A stretch of 64,000 nt of DNA from Mytilus californianus (lineage: Eukaryota), in contig NW_026262712.1 in assembly GCF_021869535.1 (NCBI RefSeq), forward strand, positions 59,396,001-59,460,000. The letters run 5' to 3'. The notes under the pieces were generated by a model that saw nothing but the letters and a program-made list of their open reading frames with translations, ran no database searches and was not told the origin of the DNA. The position numbers and the translations under genes are program-made. Position 1 is the first letter of the stretch; each line of letters begins with the position of its first letter. Below are positions 38,143 to 52,029 of this stretch, piece after piece.

Positions 38143-38821
38143 ATTCTTGCTACGAAGATTTATTTTCAAACAGAAATGTATCATACTTCGAGAAAGTCTG
38201 TCATACATTTCGTGATATTACGTATGTACAATGTATATTATATAATGAGACTTTAAGTTACGTAGAAAATGAATAAAACGTGCCACAAAGTGAGAAATTT
38301 TTGAATTTCTGAATCAATAATGAAACTAATAGACAGGCTATAAATTTCTGTTGAACCAGGGTTATGTCAAAGAAGTCTCGTCCTTTTTCTAAAAAACGTT
38401 AATCAGAAGAAAAAAAGACCTTGTTGCTAAATATTGCGTATCAACTTCATAAATAATACACGATGGTCTTGAAGTATAGATTCTAGTGACTGACGTTGTT
38501 TATCATCTTCATTACGTGTTATATTGTTCTTTTATTTGTCATTGTAAATTATTAACCTTTACTGTTTAGTTCATTTTTTGGTAATATCATTTTGGCGTGG
38601 TTCGGTACTTTTACATCCCGCCATTGTGTTATTGTGATATGGTATTTTTTTGGTATTCTTGTCTTTAATTTTTGCTTATGTGACATATTTGTATGTTTTT
38701 ATAGTGAATAAGATTATAACACAACGTTGACTGCTCTTCTCCTATTTTTGAACAGTTTTACCTATTATGTCTGTTTGTTTTGTTCACACATTGTTGTCAA
38801 TATAATGGAATTTTATGCGAC

Positions 38822-38906
38822 TTTCATACAAGTGAGATGTTTAGCTAGCTATAAAACCAGGTTTAATCCACCATTTTCTACATAAGGAAATGCCTGTACG
38901 AAGTCA
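38822..38906 (+). ncRNA. Twister-like motif, ACC subfamily, 3'-truncated and mutated
   Basis: GUGA-GAUG-UUUAGCUAGCUAUA-AAACCAGGUUU-AA-UCC-ACC-AUUU..AAAU-GC-CUG-UACGAAGU-CA. Confidence 0.55.
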
Positions 38907-39439
38907 TTAATGTGTTTAAGCTTTAGATTTTGCCGTTTAATAAGGCACTTTCCGTTTTGGATTTTCCTTGGAGTTTGGTATTTTTGTTATATTACTTTTT
39001 TCTACCGAATGTAGCATCTCGATTTATCCTCATACAATAAATACTGCTTTTAACTGGCCCTAAGTGGTTTAAGTGAATATAAATTTCGAGGCCTAAGTTC
39101 ATCTCTGGTTTCCGTAGCTTTCGTGTTGCTAAGTATTTAGTTTTCTATTATATTTTGGAAATTGATTTTTGTCCTCTCATTGTTATTTTGGTTATGATAT
39201 TGACAATTTTTATAGGACTTTCAAATATTTCATTTGTACTTTGTCTTGTATTACAATAAAAAATAAGACACCTATGTAAATATTCAAATCAGACGACTCT
39301 TATGGAAGCTTACTACTTTAGATTGTGATAACATCACTCTTTTGAGTTGAAACAAAGTTATATTGTAACTGTCAGCAATTAGCGAAGGTGACTGTAGAAT
39401 TATTAAAACTTCGATTTTAGTCGTTCGTCTACATAATCA

Positions 39440-39770
39440 TGTTGTGATAATACTGTTGGCGCCACTTTTGTCAGAAGATCACCCCTGTTAGGAAAATCCG
39501 TATGATATTAACATCCACACTCGTAACGTACCTATTGAGATATTTAACGCTATACAAAGGGACAGAGGTTATGCTACAGCTACGAGAGGTGAAGGTGATA
39601 ATGGAAAGATCGTCATGTTTGTAATAGATTCTTGTATGAAGTTTTCCGTCTCTGAAAATATCAAGATCCAAAAATAGCGAGAATTTCTAGTGTCTGTGAA
39701 TCTTAAATGACAAAATACCTTCAATATATGCGCGGGGTATGAGAAACAGATCACCAACATTGATCAATTT
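39440..39770 (-). pseudogene. Third Naiad-type PLE RT fragment
   Basis: YPAHILK..TDTRNS, LDLDIFRDGKLHTRIYYKHDDLSI; same region as 26841-27100. Confidence 0.7.
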
Positions 39771-40231
39771 ATCTGCAATTATAATGCAATATTAATTTTC
39801 TGGTAACATGTTTGTTTATTCTCAGTTGACCATGTGCACATGGTAATAAAGTCGCGAGTCGTCATATCGTCACATTGAATTGCTAGATTCAAAAAACATC
39901 GATTAATACAATATAATCGCATATGAAACAACACATACCTCAATAAATCGTTCTAATGACATATTACCAAATATATTTCGTACAGATAACAGAATGACCT
40001 TGAGTTTCAAGGTTTTTATTGTATGACATCATGTAATATCTCATTGTTAGTAATGAATTAAAATGACTAACAGTACTGTAGCTGACGTGTTGCTGCATAT
40101 TCTTTAAATGATTTGAAACAAAACTAAGCTAAGTTTGTATGAATTATGTTTCATATGCGCACAAAAACAAGGCATTAAGTAGGGGTGTACGATAAGTAAT
40201 CATTGAAATACAAACTCTTTGTTGATAATTA

Positions 40232-40490
40232 ATTAAACCAGGTTCAACCCACCATTTTTTCTTAAAATATCCTATACCAAGTCAGGATTATGGCAGTTGT
40301 TATCAAATAGTTCATTTCTATGTGTGTTGGCGTTTGTTTTTGTTGCACTTCGGTGTTCCTGGTGTTCATTTGTATTTCCTCTTATAGTTGATGTGTTTCC
40401 CTCGGTTTTGGTTTGTAGCTTGGATTTGTTTTCTCTCAATCGATTTATGACTTTTGAACACCGGTATACTACTGTTGCCTTCATTGAAAT
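40232..40490 (+). mobile_element. PLE-type 3' tail starting with a 5'-truncated twister motif (40235-40295)
   Basis: AAACCAGGUU-C-AA-CCC-ACC-AUUUU..AAAAU-AU-CCUA-UACCAAGU-CAGG-A-UUAUGGCA. The tail ends in cggtatactactgttgcct like the 33473 insertion. Confidence 0.7.
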
Positions 40491-41879
40491 ATAGTTCAAC
40501 AAACCCAACAATAATGTTGTCGATAAAAACAAATCCAACATTTTGATAATATCTTTTTTGCTGTATTTGTTGATTAAATCAGTGTTTACTCTTCTGTTTA
40601 ATGAGAAAATGCTTCTGATATTCCAATTAAACTATGAGAATAGTAGTGTAAAGCGTTGGGAAAAATTTAATTGTATGATTGCAAAATTATAGTGATTATT
40701 GATTTTGATTTAAGATTTTTCAGCAGATCAGTTTTTAGGAATTCAATTGACATCGCTGGTTTAATATACCTTAACAGAATATTCTAGGTTGTATACAATC
40801 GTTTTATTCCCCGAGACAGAATTGCTGAAACCAGGTGTGCACAGCGTGTTGGGAGATGTTAGGTTTCAATGCTTTTAAACCTCGTGCAGTATTTGAACTT
40901 CATACTATTTTAATTTATGATGCAACGCGCTTAACGTAAAAAGCCACGTATCCTAAATGCTTTCTTGAAACTTTTTTTAACATGAAGCATGGTGTTTGCA
41001 GGAAAATGAAAAACAGAAAAGAGAGGAAATATTCATTAATTATATAAAGAGGAACATCAAGAACACTTTGCATGTATGTTGTATGTCAGGAGTTAGTACT
41101 AATTACAGTTATTCGTAGGATTAAACAATAAAAGCTTGTTGTTTGAAAATATAAACTCATCAAACTATATCTTCATTTGGATGATATGTAGCCCTTCAAA
41201 TACTATCTGTCATGATTTACACATTTTGATTTTCAAACAGACGTCAAGTCCATAAGAACACATAAGGGCAATTACATAAAGACTGGATAAGAGTTCTCTA
41301 GTAGTGCTCCTAGATCCATGAATTGTTAATATATTGTTTGGTGTAAAAAAAAATGATTTGCTTGTACTTGCAACTGCATCATATGGTGGACATATGTGGC
41401 TTGACAATGATTATGCAAATTAAATCTGGTATTGCCGTATCCAGTATCACAACATGTGTAGACGCGGAACAACATGAAAGCTATCACACGGTACTTTTTC
41501 ATGTTTAAGCCCATTTGGTTATAAAATATGTCTGTTTTGGTTGCCCTATTCTGCTGTCTCACTGACTTTATCTTTGAAAAAGTGTTTATACTGATAGCAT
41601 TACTGTGCAATCCTAATTTCTATCTTCTGGAGCTACTTCACTTATAAGACAGTTTACTAGCACTTCTTTTTTAATTTGAAATCAGTTAATAGATATCAAA
41701 AAGCAGCATATAGAACGTTGAAATAAATTTCTTCTTCTTAGTTAAAAGAAAACACTCACCTGGGTTTAAGTTCGGGGCTTAAGCATAAGTAGAACAGTCT
41801 TTTTGTCTTAGTATTATATGTGTGCCTTGGTAATCTGTTAACTACTTTCAACTTGAAAATACTTTCACCCATTACTGTA

Positions 41880-42509
41880 ACGTCACAGTACCCAAATTAC
41901 ACCGAGTACCCAAATTGAACCTAATTAACAATTATAGCTACGTAAATCTTACAAGTTTTCTCTGAGACTAAACAATTTGTAATTTTATGATTTTACATTA
42001 TACACGTCTTTCAACATAAGTAAATATATTTAAATATACATAAAACGTTCACAGTATATATCAACAAATGAAGCATTCACTGGAAAAAGTAAAATCTACG
42101 GAAACGTCGCCATACGACGTTCACAAAAAGTTATCTTTTAAAAATCAGCAAATAAAATATGTTACAAGCATTCATTTCTTACAAAATGAATAGTAAGCAT
42201 GGACTAATGTGAAATTGTTCTAAGTATTTGAAGAAATAAAACAAAACATATGTTATTCGATTTTTAAGGATGTGAATTTAAGCATGGATGCAATTTGGGT
42301 ACTCCTCATTACAGAACCATGGATCGTTTGGAGGTCAGTTCAAGCCCATTTTTCTATGATTCACTATGGATTCAAAATTGGTGTAACTATATAGTAAGTA
42401 CAGATACCTCTACAAAACAAACACAGAATGGAAAATTTTGTCTGGATCATAAAAAAAAAACGTAGGTGTAAAAACTGTCAACATAGGTGCAATTTGGGTA
42501 CCCTCACGT
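41880..42509. mobile_element. MITE with TA TSD (Tc1/mariner-like)
   Basis: TA|acgtcacagtacccaaattacacc ... ggtgcaatttgggtaccctcacgt|TA, with internal repeats of gtacccaaatt. Confidence 0.65.
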
Positions 42510-43069
42510 TAAGTGATTATCATTGTATTGCATGTAAATGCAATTAAAAAAATACAGCAAAGACAAATGACAGATTTTTATTTCAGTTTATGTGGTGTTC
42601 CATTTTTACAAGCCCTATATTTAAATATATAATATTTCCATGGATTTGTTAGGATTGCAAGGACCTGTAAATAATGGGCAGTTGAACTAACTATGCGGTA
42701 AAAGCTTGCATATCTTGTCGTCAGGACAGTAATAATCCGGACAGTATTCAGGGTGCGTATTGCATGGTCTTATAGGACAGTCATGTCTTTTAAAAAGTTT
42801 AAAACAAAACGTTCACGAGAATAAATTCATTCGATAAAGAAATATCAATTCAAATACTTTGTTGTTTTAGATAACAGTGTATCATGTGTATATCTGTGCA
42901 TACAAACTGTACTACTTGAGGCATGAAACCATTCGTTTTTAAGACTTAATTCCATTAAATGTAAACGTTGTACACTAGTAAACCAATATAGGTCTGAAAC
43001 GGCCATTTTGATCTTAACAGCTCTCAAAAGACTAAAAAAATAATTGTAAAGTCCTGTTTATATAAAAAA

Positions 43070-43430
43070 GAAGATGTGGTATGAGTGCCAATGAGACAAC
43101 TATCCATCCAAGTCACAATGTGTAGAAAGTAAACAATTATAGGTCAAAGTTCGGCCTTCAACACGGGACCTTTGCTCACACCGAACAGCAAGCTATAAAG
43201 GGCCATAAAAAGACTAGTGTAAAACAATTCAAACAGGAAAATCAACGGTCTAATCTATATAAAAAAACGATAAACGAGTAACACTTATGAACCACACCAA
43301 CAAACGACAACCACTGAAAACAGGCTCCTGACTTAGGATATGTGCATAAAACTGAAGCGGTTTTAAACGTTTTAACAGGCGCCAATCATCACCCTAACCT
43401 GAAACAGTGGTGTAACATTACAACATAAAA
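43070..43430 (-). mobile_element. PLE-type 3' tail with degenerate twister motif (43310-43411)
   Basis: P5 ACCACUG/CAGUGGU and AGGUU/AGCCU are retained. Core has decayed (AAACGUUU-AA-AACC-GCU..UCCUAAGU-CAGG). Confidence 0.7.
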
Positions 43431-43894
43431 AGACACACAATAACATATCTATCGAAACGGTTTTACTTGATCAAAAAGACAATACACAAAAACAAGTAAA
43501 TATTTAGTCTTTTAGTCAATTTAAGACTTATCAACTGCGGTAACTTTAACAGTGTTCAGGAAATTCGCTTGCAGTCAACTAAGAAATATTTATTCTATGT
43601 TCAGACTGTTCAGTAGTTGCAATTTACTTGTAGACTTCAACGTCATACCCAATTATCTGAATATATACCGAACTGTATCGAATTGATTTAAAGCGAATTC
43701 ACTGAAAAGTACTGAATTTAACGCAGCAGATACGTCAGAAAATTGACTGAAAGACTGAAAATGATAAATCAACTAATTGTTCAGGCTTTTCAGATGATGT
43801 TAAGTTCAACATGATCGCTAACATGGCTAAGGACTAAAATTAATAGTGTTTTATTTTCTGATGGAGGTGAAAATCAGTTAGTTGCAACATTTCG

Positions 43895-45140
43895 GATAAT
43901 TTATTTCGTACTTTCACATGTATACGTCTAACGTAACACACAACAATTAAGGGAATCGCATGTACTTCAAAAAGAAAGAGTGACCGGATGTATGCATCCA
44001 CGTCCGATCTGCAAAATGTCGCCCTCGGAAATAGGACACAATCGATATAAGATATTATTTAAAGATAAATTTTTAAGAAATGTTGCGCCAAAAGTAAATT
44101 GCCATATTTGTTTGTAAAAAGATTTCTAAAGTTATAGCAAACGTTTTGAACCAAATGTTTGTACCAATGAATAAATTTGCTGATTGTTTTAAAGTTTTTA
44201 ATGAAATTGCTGAATAGATTATTTTCCATTTATACAAAGCATGCATAGATAACATTTATATTCTAATAAGAAACTGCAATCAAGAGTGTACATTTGTAGC
44301 TCCTTTGACATGGAATAAAAAAAAAAATTCTAAATTAGTTCTAAAACTATGTAATTAAGACCGCCTTAAACAAAAGCATCTTTACGTGATATCAAATTTG
44401 GTTTAAGATTTGTATCGCACAACTTCATATTAAACAAAACCTTTGGATTTTTAGAGAATTTTTTTCAGGGTAATTCAGTCACTAATTCATTGTCTTGATA
44501 TTTTATCAGTAAAACATATATAACCTTCGCTAAAATCTAAAACGTCACTCAAACACGATCATTATTTAATTTATCTTTCCGTATTGTAATATTCTCCTTT
44601 TTTAGACATTGTTACTTTTAAATCCTCGACCAGGTAGCGCGTCTGTATAAATTTCTCTTTTTATTCTTGATTTTCAACAATGTCTTGCGATGCAGACACA
44701 CACAAACCTTTCAAATTTGCCATAAATATATTTCATCATGATATAAATTGTTGAAGTTGTTATGACATAAGATTTGCAATTGATCTTTTACCGGTTTTTC
44801 GATGAATCTAGATCAACGGACTTGTCTCCGTTATTTTATTGCTTCGTTCAATTGAGATATACTCAGATGTTGAAATTACTTTACTTCAAGCAAGTTTATA
44901 CGGCAAAGTGACAGCAAACTAAAGTTAAATAAAATGCACATCAGTCTACGGACTTAAAGTATGGAAAATTGCATCGAAATCTCGTCTCGCCTTGTGTTCA
45001 TGGTGTCTTAGATGCGATCCTCAGAAAAAGCTAAAACAAAGAATTCAACATGGGTATGTGTTTCTTTCGGATATTTGAGCAAAGAATGAGTGGCTTTGAC
45101 ATGTTTGAGTAAAATAATGCGTCCGAAAATGGCGACATTT
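43895..45140 (+). repeat. Segmental duplication copy 2 (empty-site paralog of 32985-34700)
   Basis: Collinear with copy 1 apart from the 534-bp insertion and small indels. Confidence 0.9.
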
Positions 45141-48100
45141 CTGCTTTTTAATGGGGTTTGTTTTACTCCATGGAAATTTTTGTTAAAAATGCTGTTTGTC
45201 CTTTTCTCTTTTCTTTATCATTGTGGTATACTTCGAGTTTTGGTTTGTATGGTCATTTTCTATCTTCGAGTCATGATATTCGTTTTACTGTAAAAAGGAA
45301 TATCCCCGCAATACCTTTTGGCTTTGGATTTTTGAATCTATTTGTTTGAAATTTATTTTCGCAGAAAATTATGATTGGTCATGACTTTTGCATTGTTAGG
45401 ACAGCTATTATAATCTACAACACACTAAATGTGATTATGAAATATGTTGTTACTTTTATTAATACAGGTGCAGCTTTTTTCCATTGTGCATATTCTTTTG
45501 ATTTCTAATAGTTTGTAATAAATTTGATGTATTCAAACCGACTAGTTCATCCATTAACAGACTGTTTCAGACCTAAACGCGACTCATTCGAACATGTCGA
45601 ATAATCAAACTATACGAGCCAACTTACTTATGAATAAGGCCTTTGTCTTCAAGCATTTCTGCATGTGCCATGCTGACTGAAAGTAAAATACTGTTTATAT
45701 TAGATATCGTGACCAGGTTATATATTTTTCTCATGCACCACGAACATGTCGAAATTTAATAGCATTTCCCCGTTAAGAAAAGGTTGCGAAATACACTGTC
45801 ATGCAATTTGGATTATCCTTCATAAGTAACGATCAAATCGAAACCAAATTAAAGCTAATGATGTAAAAAACCAACAACTTGAATACGTGTTGATCTGTGT
45901 AATTAAAAACGGGACCTAAAAGGACTAACCAAATAGTCATTAGGTCAATCTATCCTCCCGATGTTGGCACTTTAGGTTCTTAAAGTTTGAAAATTTATCA
46001 ACGAGGCAGTAAAGAAATATATTTCATAAATTGCGTCAGTACTAAAGCACTGACTACTGAGTTAATACTACCTGCGGGGACTAGCAGATACTCAGTAGCG
46101 GTACCAACCAAGTGTTAGAAAATTGAAGTAGCACTTTATACTTTTGATGAGTCCCGAATTTAAAATCAAATCAGTAGTATTCTCTCCACTCATGCACGCA
46201 CATACACATACACCTAAACAGTTTTAACAGTAATTCATAATGAACAAAATATATTTCGCTTGTGTGTTCGTTTGTTATATATAATTGTTTGCCAGCTCTC
46301 AATGTGAATCAGATGTGGATACTAAAAAAAAATCCAAAGATCTTTTAGAGATCATACAATCTAAGACTCTTTCATCTTGCAAAAGTATTAAAACATTTAA
46401 CTTTTCTGCACTTTACACATGTATTTCCCATTCCAAACAAAAAGACGTATTGAAATAGTAGGTCCTACTTTGTTTCATAAAAAAGAGTTGCCAAAGTAGA
46501 TACAAGTATCTTGTCTTAGGGAGGGATAATTCGTACTTTATAAAACATATCACTCTAATTCAAACACAAAACTTTGATTGTCCCTTTGGTATCTTTCTCT
46601 TCTCTTTGGATATAACTATTTCTGTACATTGGAATACGTTCTTCTCCATAAAATATGATGAATATAATCCACCTCATATGTTGTTTGAATATTTTTAAGG
46701 GAGTCCATACTTTATATTATTGGAATTTATTCGTCGAAATTGGCTGTATTTGATTGTTAAATGATATTAGAATATTTTATTAGAATTTTCTAATGGCGAT
46801 AAACACCGTTTCAAACACTCACAGGGTTTGATAAAAAAATGTTTTTACATTTAGCCAATCGGAATTCTTTAAATATAGATGTTCTCTGCACATTTCACTT
46901 CTCTTGTGCTATGAATTGTGAATTTTTGCTGAATGAACAAAATGAAATGTCAGACTTCGGCACTTGAAGGATTTGTATTTTTCCGTTGTGTTATCTGAAT
47001 TAAATGAAACGAAAATTTCGTAAAAGTTCAACATGTGACGTACAAGAGTTCAATCAGTCAGAAAGGTCAATCCGTCAGATCAGTCCGATTAGTAAAAAGA
47101 TTCTCACTGTAAGTCTGACGAATTCGTGAAGTGAGTTTGACATGAACTTGACAGATCGCTGACTGATCACTCAATTAGTAACGCGTACGGTTGCAAGTAT
47201 TTTATTCCTTTAGAATGTTCTATGGCCTACAACGTTGAGATAAATTTAACATAATTGCTATTAATATACTTACTAATATTAAACACTTCATGTTTATCTG
47301 GTCTTATTGTTTGGTTTGGTTGCTGTCTCGTTTATGTATTACAAAGTATCGCATTCATTCTTATTAAAATTGTTTATATTTGAATTGGCAATACTTACAA
47401 AAACTCCAAATTTATAAAGTAGCTTACACTTACACAGTTAGAGAAAAACGGTAAAAAATTCAACGGTGACACCAAGACAGGCAAAAACTTGTCAATACAG
47501 AAACTGTTTTCCTGTCAGTAGAATAATAAATAAATTTCATCAGCTATCCATATGCAATAAAATTGAGAATGAAAATACAAGCATTTTTTTTGTAACTGAA
47601 CACAAAGATCATTCCAAGAGGAAAAAGAAAAAAAAACAAATTGGCAAATTATAATCAAACGTTTAATTTTAAAGAGATTCATATGTTTGCTTACCTCCCA
47701 CGAGCACGAACAACAGGTTGACGACTAAACAAACAGGAATCTTCATTCTTCTTTATAGATCTCTACAACAAATAATAACATTTGTTTCGATGATGTGTCG
47801 TTTTATAAAACGAAGGGAATAACTGTTTAAAATGACAATTGGAGACGACTGCAAAACAGCAATTGTAAGACATTCGTATGTGTACAATCAAAATCTCCTT
47901 CTTCTTTACTATGATTTCACACAGGTTGTCGGAACTATATATGTTTTGTCCCAAGTTAACGTATGTCTTAATTTCTTCTCTTTTTTTCATTTGAAGTTCA
48001 ATTTGCATTATTCTTAGAATATCAATATCATCTAATTTACATATTGCTTTGAGTTTATAAATTAACCTAATTCCATGAGAGCAAATTCCTCAAAAGATCA

Positions 48101-48317
48101 TTTCAAATACAAAGAAAAAAAAGTGACTGTTTTAGTTGGATTCATTCCACTGCTTTTAGTCAGGACTGATTTCACCTGTTTTCAATTGAAAGATACATTG
48201 AACATTGGTAAAGGTAAGTAAGGTAAGTTGTTAAATATGGCTGATGACTACCAATTAGCGATATTTCAAAAAAGTTAGTTTTGTTTTTATCTATCATTTG
48301 CATTTTGTAAAGTGTCA

Positions 48318-48783
48318 ATGTCTTGGAGTTCGGTATTTTTGTTATACTTTTTTCCGATACCTGTGCAAGCGGACCACCTTATAATCAAACAGGTACATGT
48401 CATGAGTGCTTCATCATTAAATGTAAATGTACTTTCTGTTACAGCAAGTGTTAAAAATGTATCACATTGTTTCGTGCATCAGACTTTCATATCGTACAGA
48501 TGTCATTAGTAGAAATTAACAATAACCGTCGGATTCTAAGTACGAGTAGGAATAAGAATAAAAATCATTCAGGTAAGCTATAGGGGCGATCTCGCAATGT
48601 GTAAATGTAATGCACAGTCAAAATAATGTGTAAGCAAATTAATTTTACCGTGCCCCATCTTTGCGTTTCTATCGAAAAAAAAACATTTATCAAATAATTG
48701 ATGGATCCTAATTTATTTTTTTTTTATTATTATTTTGTTCTACAGAAAGAGTAGATAAGAGCCTTTTCGTTTATGCTCGCTAA
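48318..48783 (+). CDS. Candidate 61-aa secreted peptide gene (exons 48318-48392, 48500-48572, 48746-48783); unverified
   Basis: GT-AG introns with compatible phases (0, 1) give MSWSSVFLLYFFPIPVQA-DHLIIKQMSLVEINNNRRILSTSRNKNKNHSERVDKSLFVYAR*. There is an upstream GTAAG donor near 48214. No recognised homology. Confidence 0.25.
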
Positions 48784-49020
48784 TTGATATTTTCAGAATT
48801 TTAACTATACTTTCACAACAACAATTTGTTGCTCCAATTTAACATGTTCAATGTATCTGATTTTGTTTTTTATTCGTTTACATTAAAAAAGAAACTTTTA
48901 AGGTTAATTGGCCCTTTCACAACTGACGAATTATTAAAAGGGGATTAGAAAAAAATATGAATAGGTCAGGTTTTTTTAATTTTATTTTTGTTTTGAGTTT
49001 ATTTTTTCACTGTGTATAGT

Positions 49021-49315
49021 ATTGTCACATTCTTTATGTGCATGTCACAAGTCAGAGCATGAAGTACAGTTGTGGTCGTTGGCTCGTGTCTGTCATATTG
49101 TTTTTCGTAAATTATTTTGTTATGAATTAGATCGCTAGTTTTCTAATGTGAATTGATTCACCTTTTCATGTCGATGGCCTTTAATAGACGACTATACGGT
49201 AATGGGTTTTTGAATGTTGAATGCCGTACGGTGGCCTATAATTGCTAACTACCCCTTCATTTTTACTCTGATGGATAGTCTCATTGGTAATCATACCACA
49301 TCTACTCAGTTTTAT
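49021..49315 (+). mobile_element. Old PLE-type 3' tail starting inside a degenerate twister motif
   Basis: GUC-ACAU-UCUUU-AUGU-GC-AUG-UCACAAGU-CAGAG, then a tail ending gtctcattggtaatcataccacatct. Confidence 0.6.
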
Positions 49316-49562
49316 AGTCTTAAGCTTGGATGATAGGATAAACATGATAAAAAATAACAATATTTTAACTTGTCTTCTTATGATTCGTAGTCAGACTGGT
49401 GTCAGAGTCATACACTTATTGTAAATCTCTACTAGAACGGATGTGCCTCTAACATCACAACTGAAAGCAAATCAATGCAAGGTGAAATCAATGAAAACAA
49501 ATGACAATTTATCATCAAAAAATATGTTAATTCATGTTTATAATAAATAAATTAGGTATGCT

Positions 49563-49678
49563 AGTTATAGAGAAAGTCCAAATAACTGTCCATTCCTGGG
49601 AAATAATGGAGCGGAGTGCCGGAGGGCCGACGCCCATTATTTCACAGGAATGGACAGTTATTTGGACTTTCGCTAACT
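49563..49678. repeat. Foldback hairpin element (~45-bp arms, GC-rich loop)
   Basis: aaagtccaaataactgtccattcctg(g)gaaataatgg / ccattatttcacaggaatggacagttatttggacttt. Loop is agcggagtgccggagggccgacgc. Confidence 0.9.
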
Positions 49679-50844
49679 TAAAATACACCTTAAATATTAA
49701 AAACGAATCTTCAAATTATAATATTATAAAGAATTTTATTTAATTTTGTAATGGTTTTCTTTTCATTTTCCCTGTCCTGTACCCAACAATACGCAGGCAA
49801 AATTTAAGATCAAGCTGACCATCTACTCACTTAACGAAGTATTTATGAACAGTAGAATAATAACTTTAAAAAGATCTTGAATAAAATTCATTCAGATTTA
49901 TGTTTAAACTCATTTGATACGCCCATCTTTCTTGTAGTGGGATTTAAAGGATATTTATTTGTGTCTTTAAGTGGTATTTCGGGAGAGTAACAAAATAGTA
50001 TTTATGCATATATGTTAATGGTTTATGTGTGTTTTTCGTTTGATAAATATCGGATGTAGAATCGTCTGAGAAAAGTGAAATGGTACAACTAGAATGAATT
50101 TCCAGGTATGTAACACTCTAGTATAGGTTATTTAACTAATAACGGTGTGCTCGATTTTAAGTCATATCAAAAACAAAATGTTATTCTATATTACAAACCA
50201 TTTTATTCGATGAAATACAATGAAACAAGAAAACAGTACTTCATGCACAACCCAACATTTTGTCTTTCCTTTTGCTAATTACAACGAACAAAACTCTTAT
50301 GCATTATATTTTTTTAATAGCAATACAAGTAAACTGAAAGTATTTTTCATTCTTCCCTATTATCAGAAAGGAAACAAAAAAGTTTTAGAAACAAAAATGT
50401 TTAAAAGCATTTCTGGATTCCGTTTTGTATGTATTTAACTTAAGTGGACAACTAACTTTTAATTTCATTTAAACATTTATTTCAAGATTAACGCCGTTTA
50501 TTTGCACTGCCGATATAACTGTTATATTTGCCACTGGACATATAACAGAAGTGAATTTATTCGATCATGTTACGTGTTTCTGTTGAAAATTGAATAAAAA
50601 ACCCGCCAAATATTTAACACAAGCCTTATTCAAATGTTATCCATACCCTTCAAATTTTAATCATTAGTACTATATTTAAGTTATAACAACGAACAATCAA
50701 ATAAAATACCCGATTTTTTAAACGTTCAACGGTGACAACAAGAAAATACATAAACGTGTCAATAAGGAATCAATATTCCAATATGTAGAATAATAAACAT
50801 TTACAAATAACAATATAATGTAAAATTTATACGTCCACTCTTTG

Positions 50845-51290
50845 TTTCTGTTAGATGTATGTCTACTTTGTATCCATCTGATAAATTAAGCCCTTTTCAA
50901 CAGATTTTTATAGTTTGTTCTTATGTTGTACTGTTATACCACTGTCCCAGGTTAGGGGAGGGTTGGCGCCTTCAAACTAGTTTAACCCTGCCACATTTTG
51001 TATGTGCCTGTCCCAAATCTGCAGGAGCCTGTAATTCAGTGGTTGTCGTTTTTTGCCGAATATGATATTTGTTTTTCGTTCATAATTTTGTACATAAATC
51101 AAGCCGTTAGATTTCTCGTTTGAATTGTTTTATATTTGTCATCTAGCGGCCTTTTATAGCTGACTATGCGGTATAGGTTTTACTCATTGTTGAAGGCCGT
51201 ACGATGACCTATAATTGTTATTTTTCTGTGTCATTTGGTCCTTTGTGGAGAGTTGTCTCATTGGCAATCATAACACATCTTCTTATCTTA
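50845..51290 (+). mobile_element. PLE-type 3' tail containing a near-complete twister motif
   Basis: Same family as 37805-38142 and 43070-43430, ending gagagttgtctcattggcaatcataacacatcttc. Confidence 0.8.
50938..51043 (+). ncRNA. Twister ribozyme-like motif, type P5 (L4 disrupted by a small indel)
   Basis: ACCACUG..AGGUU-AGGG-GAGG-G-UUGGCGCC-UUC-AAACUAGUUU-AA-CCCU-GCC-ACAU-UUUGU-AUGU-GC-CUG-UCCCAAAUCUG-CAGG-AGCCU..CAGUGGU. Predicted scissile bond 50983/50984. Confidence 0.7.
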
Positions 51291-52029
51291 ATATTTACAA
51301 ATTACAATATAATGTTAAATTTAAATTGAGATCTTATTTTTATTACCTCCCTCGGAGACCAACAACAATCAAACGATTAAACAAAGACAAACCTTCATTC
51401 TTCTGCTTTGTTCTCTACAACAAGTACACACATTTTTAAATATATGTTTTCTTTTGTAATTCGCCATTTGAATCCAAGGAAACTAGATTTTAAAATAAAG
51501 ATGTCAATTGCAAACGATTGTACATGGAAAAAGCAACACCTTCGTATACGTGCAAATATATACTTCTTTGTCTTGAAAGTGATTTTTAAACGGTGTCATA
51601 ACTGTTTTTTTGTTTTTTTGTTTTTTTCATTTTCTTTCTTTTTTGTTTTTTTTTTTTTGAAGATAAGTGTGTCTTTCCATGTTCATATATTTTTATCTTA
51701 AGATTTCTGGCACGCTTAACATTAACCGAATCCCTTAAAAGAAAATCAATTTCTCCCATCTTGTATAATAGTTCAAAGAAAACAAGTCAATTCCTTTAGT
51801 CAATTGTATTACATGATTTTAAGGTGGGGCTGTTACATGTGCTACATATTTTCTTTTGACAGATATCATGCAATGCTCCAAGTAAGTCCAGTTAACTGTA
51901 CAAAATATTGTGTTCTTAACTTTTAATCAACAGAGAAAAAGCTCCAAATAACAGCTAACATCCAGTTAAAATTTGCTCCTAGAACTTACAGATTCAGTTA
52001 AATAGTAAAGCAGTCCCAGTATTGAACAT

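Noticed and set aside
1366-51881. Microexon-like acceptor/donor pairs (1366-1368, 5678-5699, 23356-23377, 26367-26378, 51863-51881), including a GKRR-encoding one near a TGACGTCA site
   Set aside because: A few such pairs are expected by chance in 64 kb, and they do not assemble into a stop-free model.
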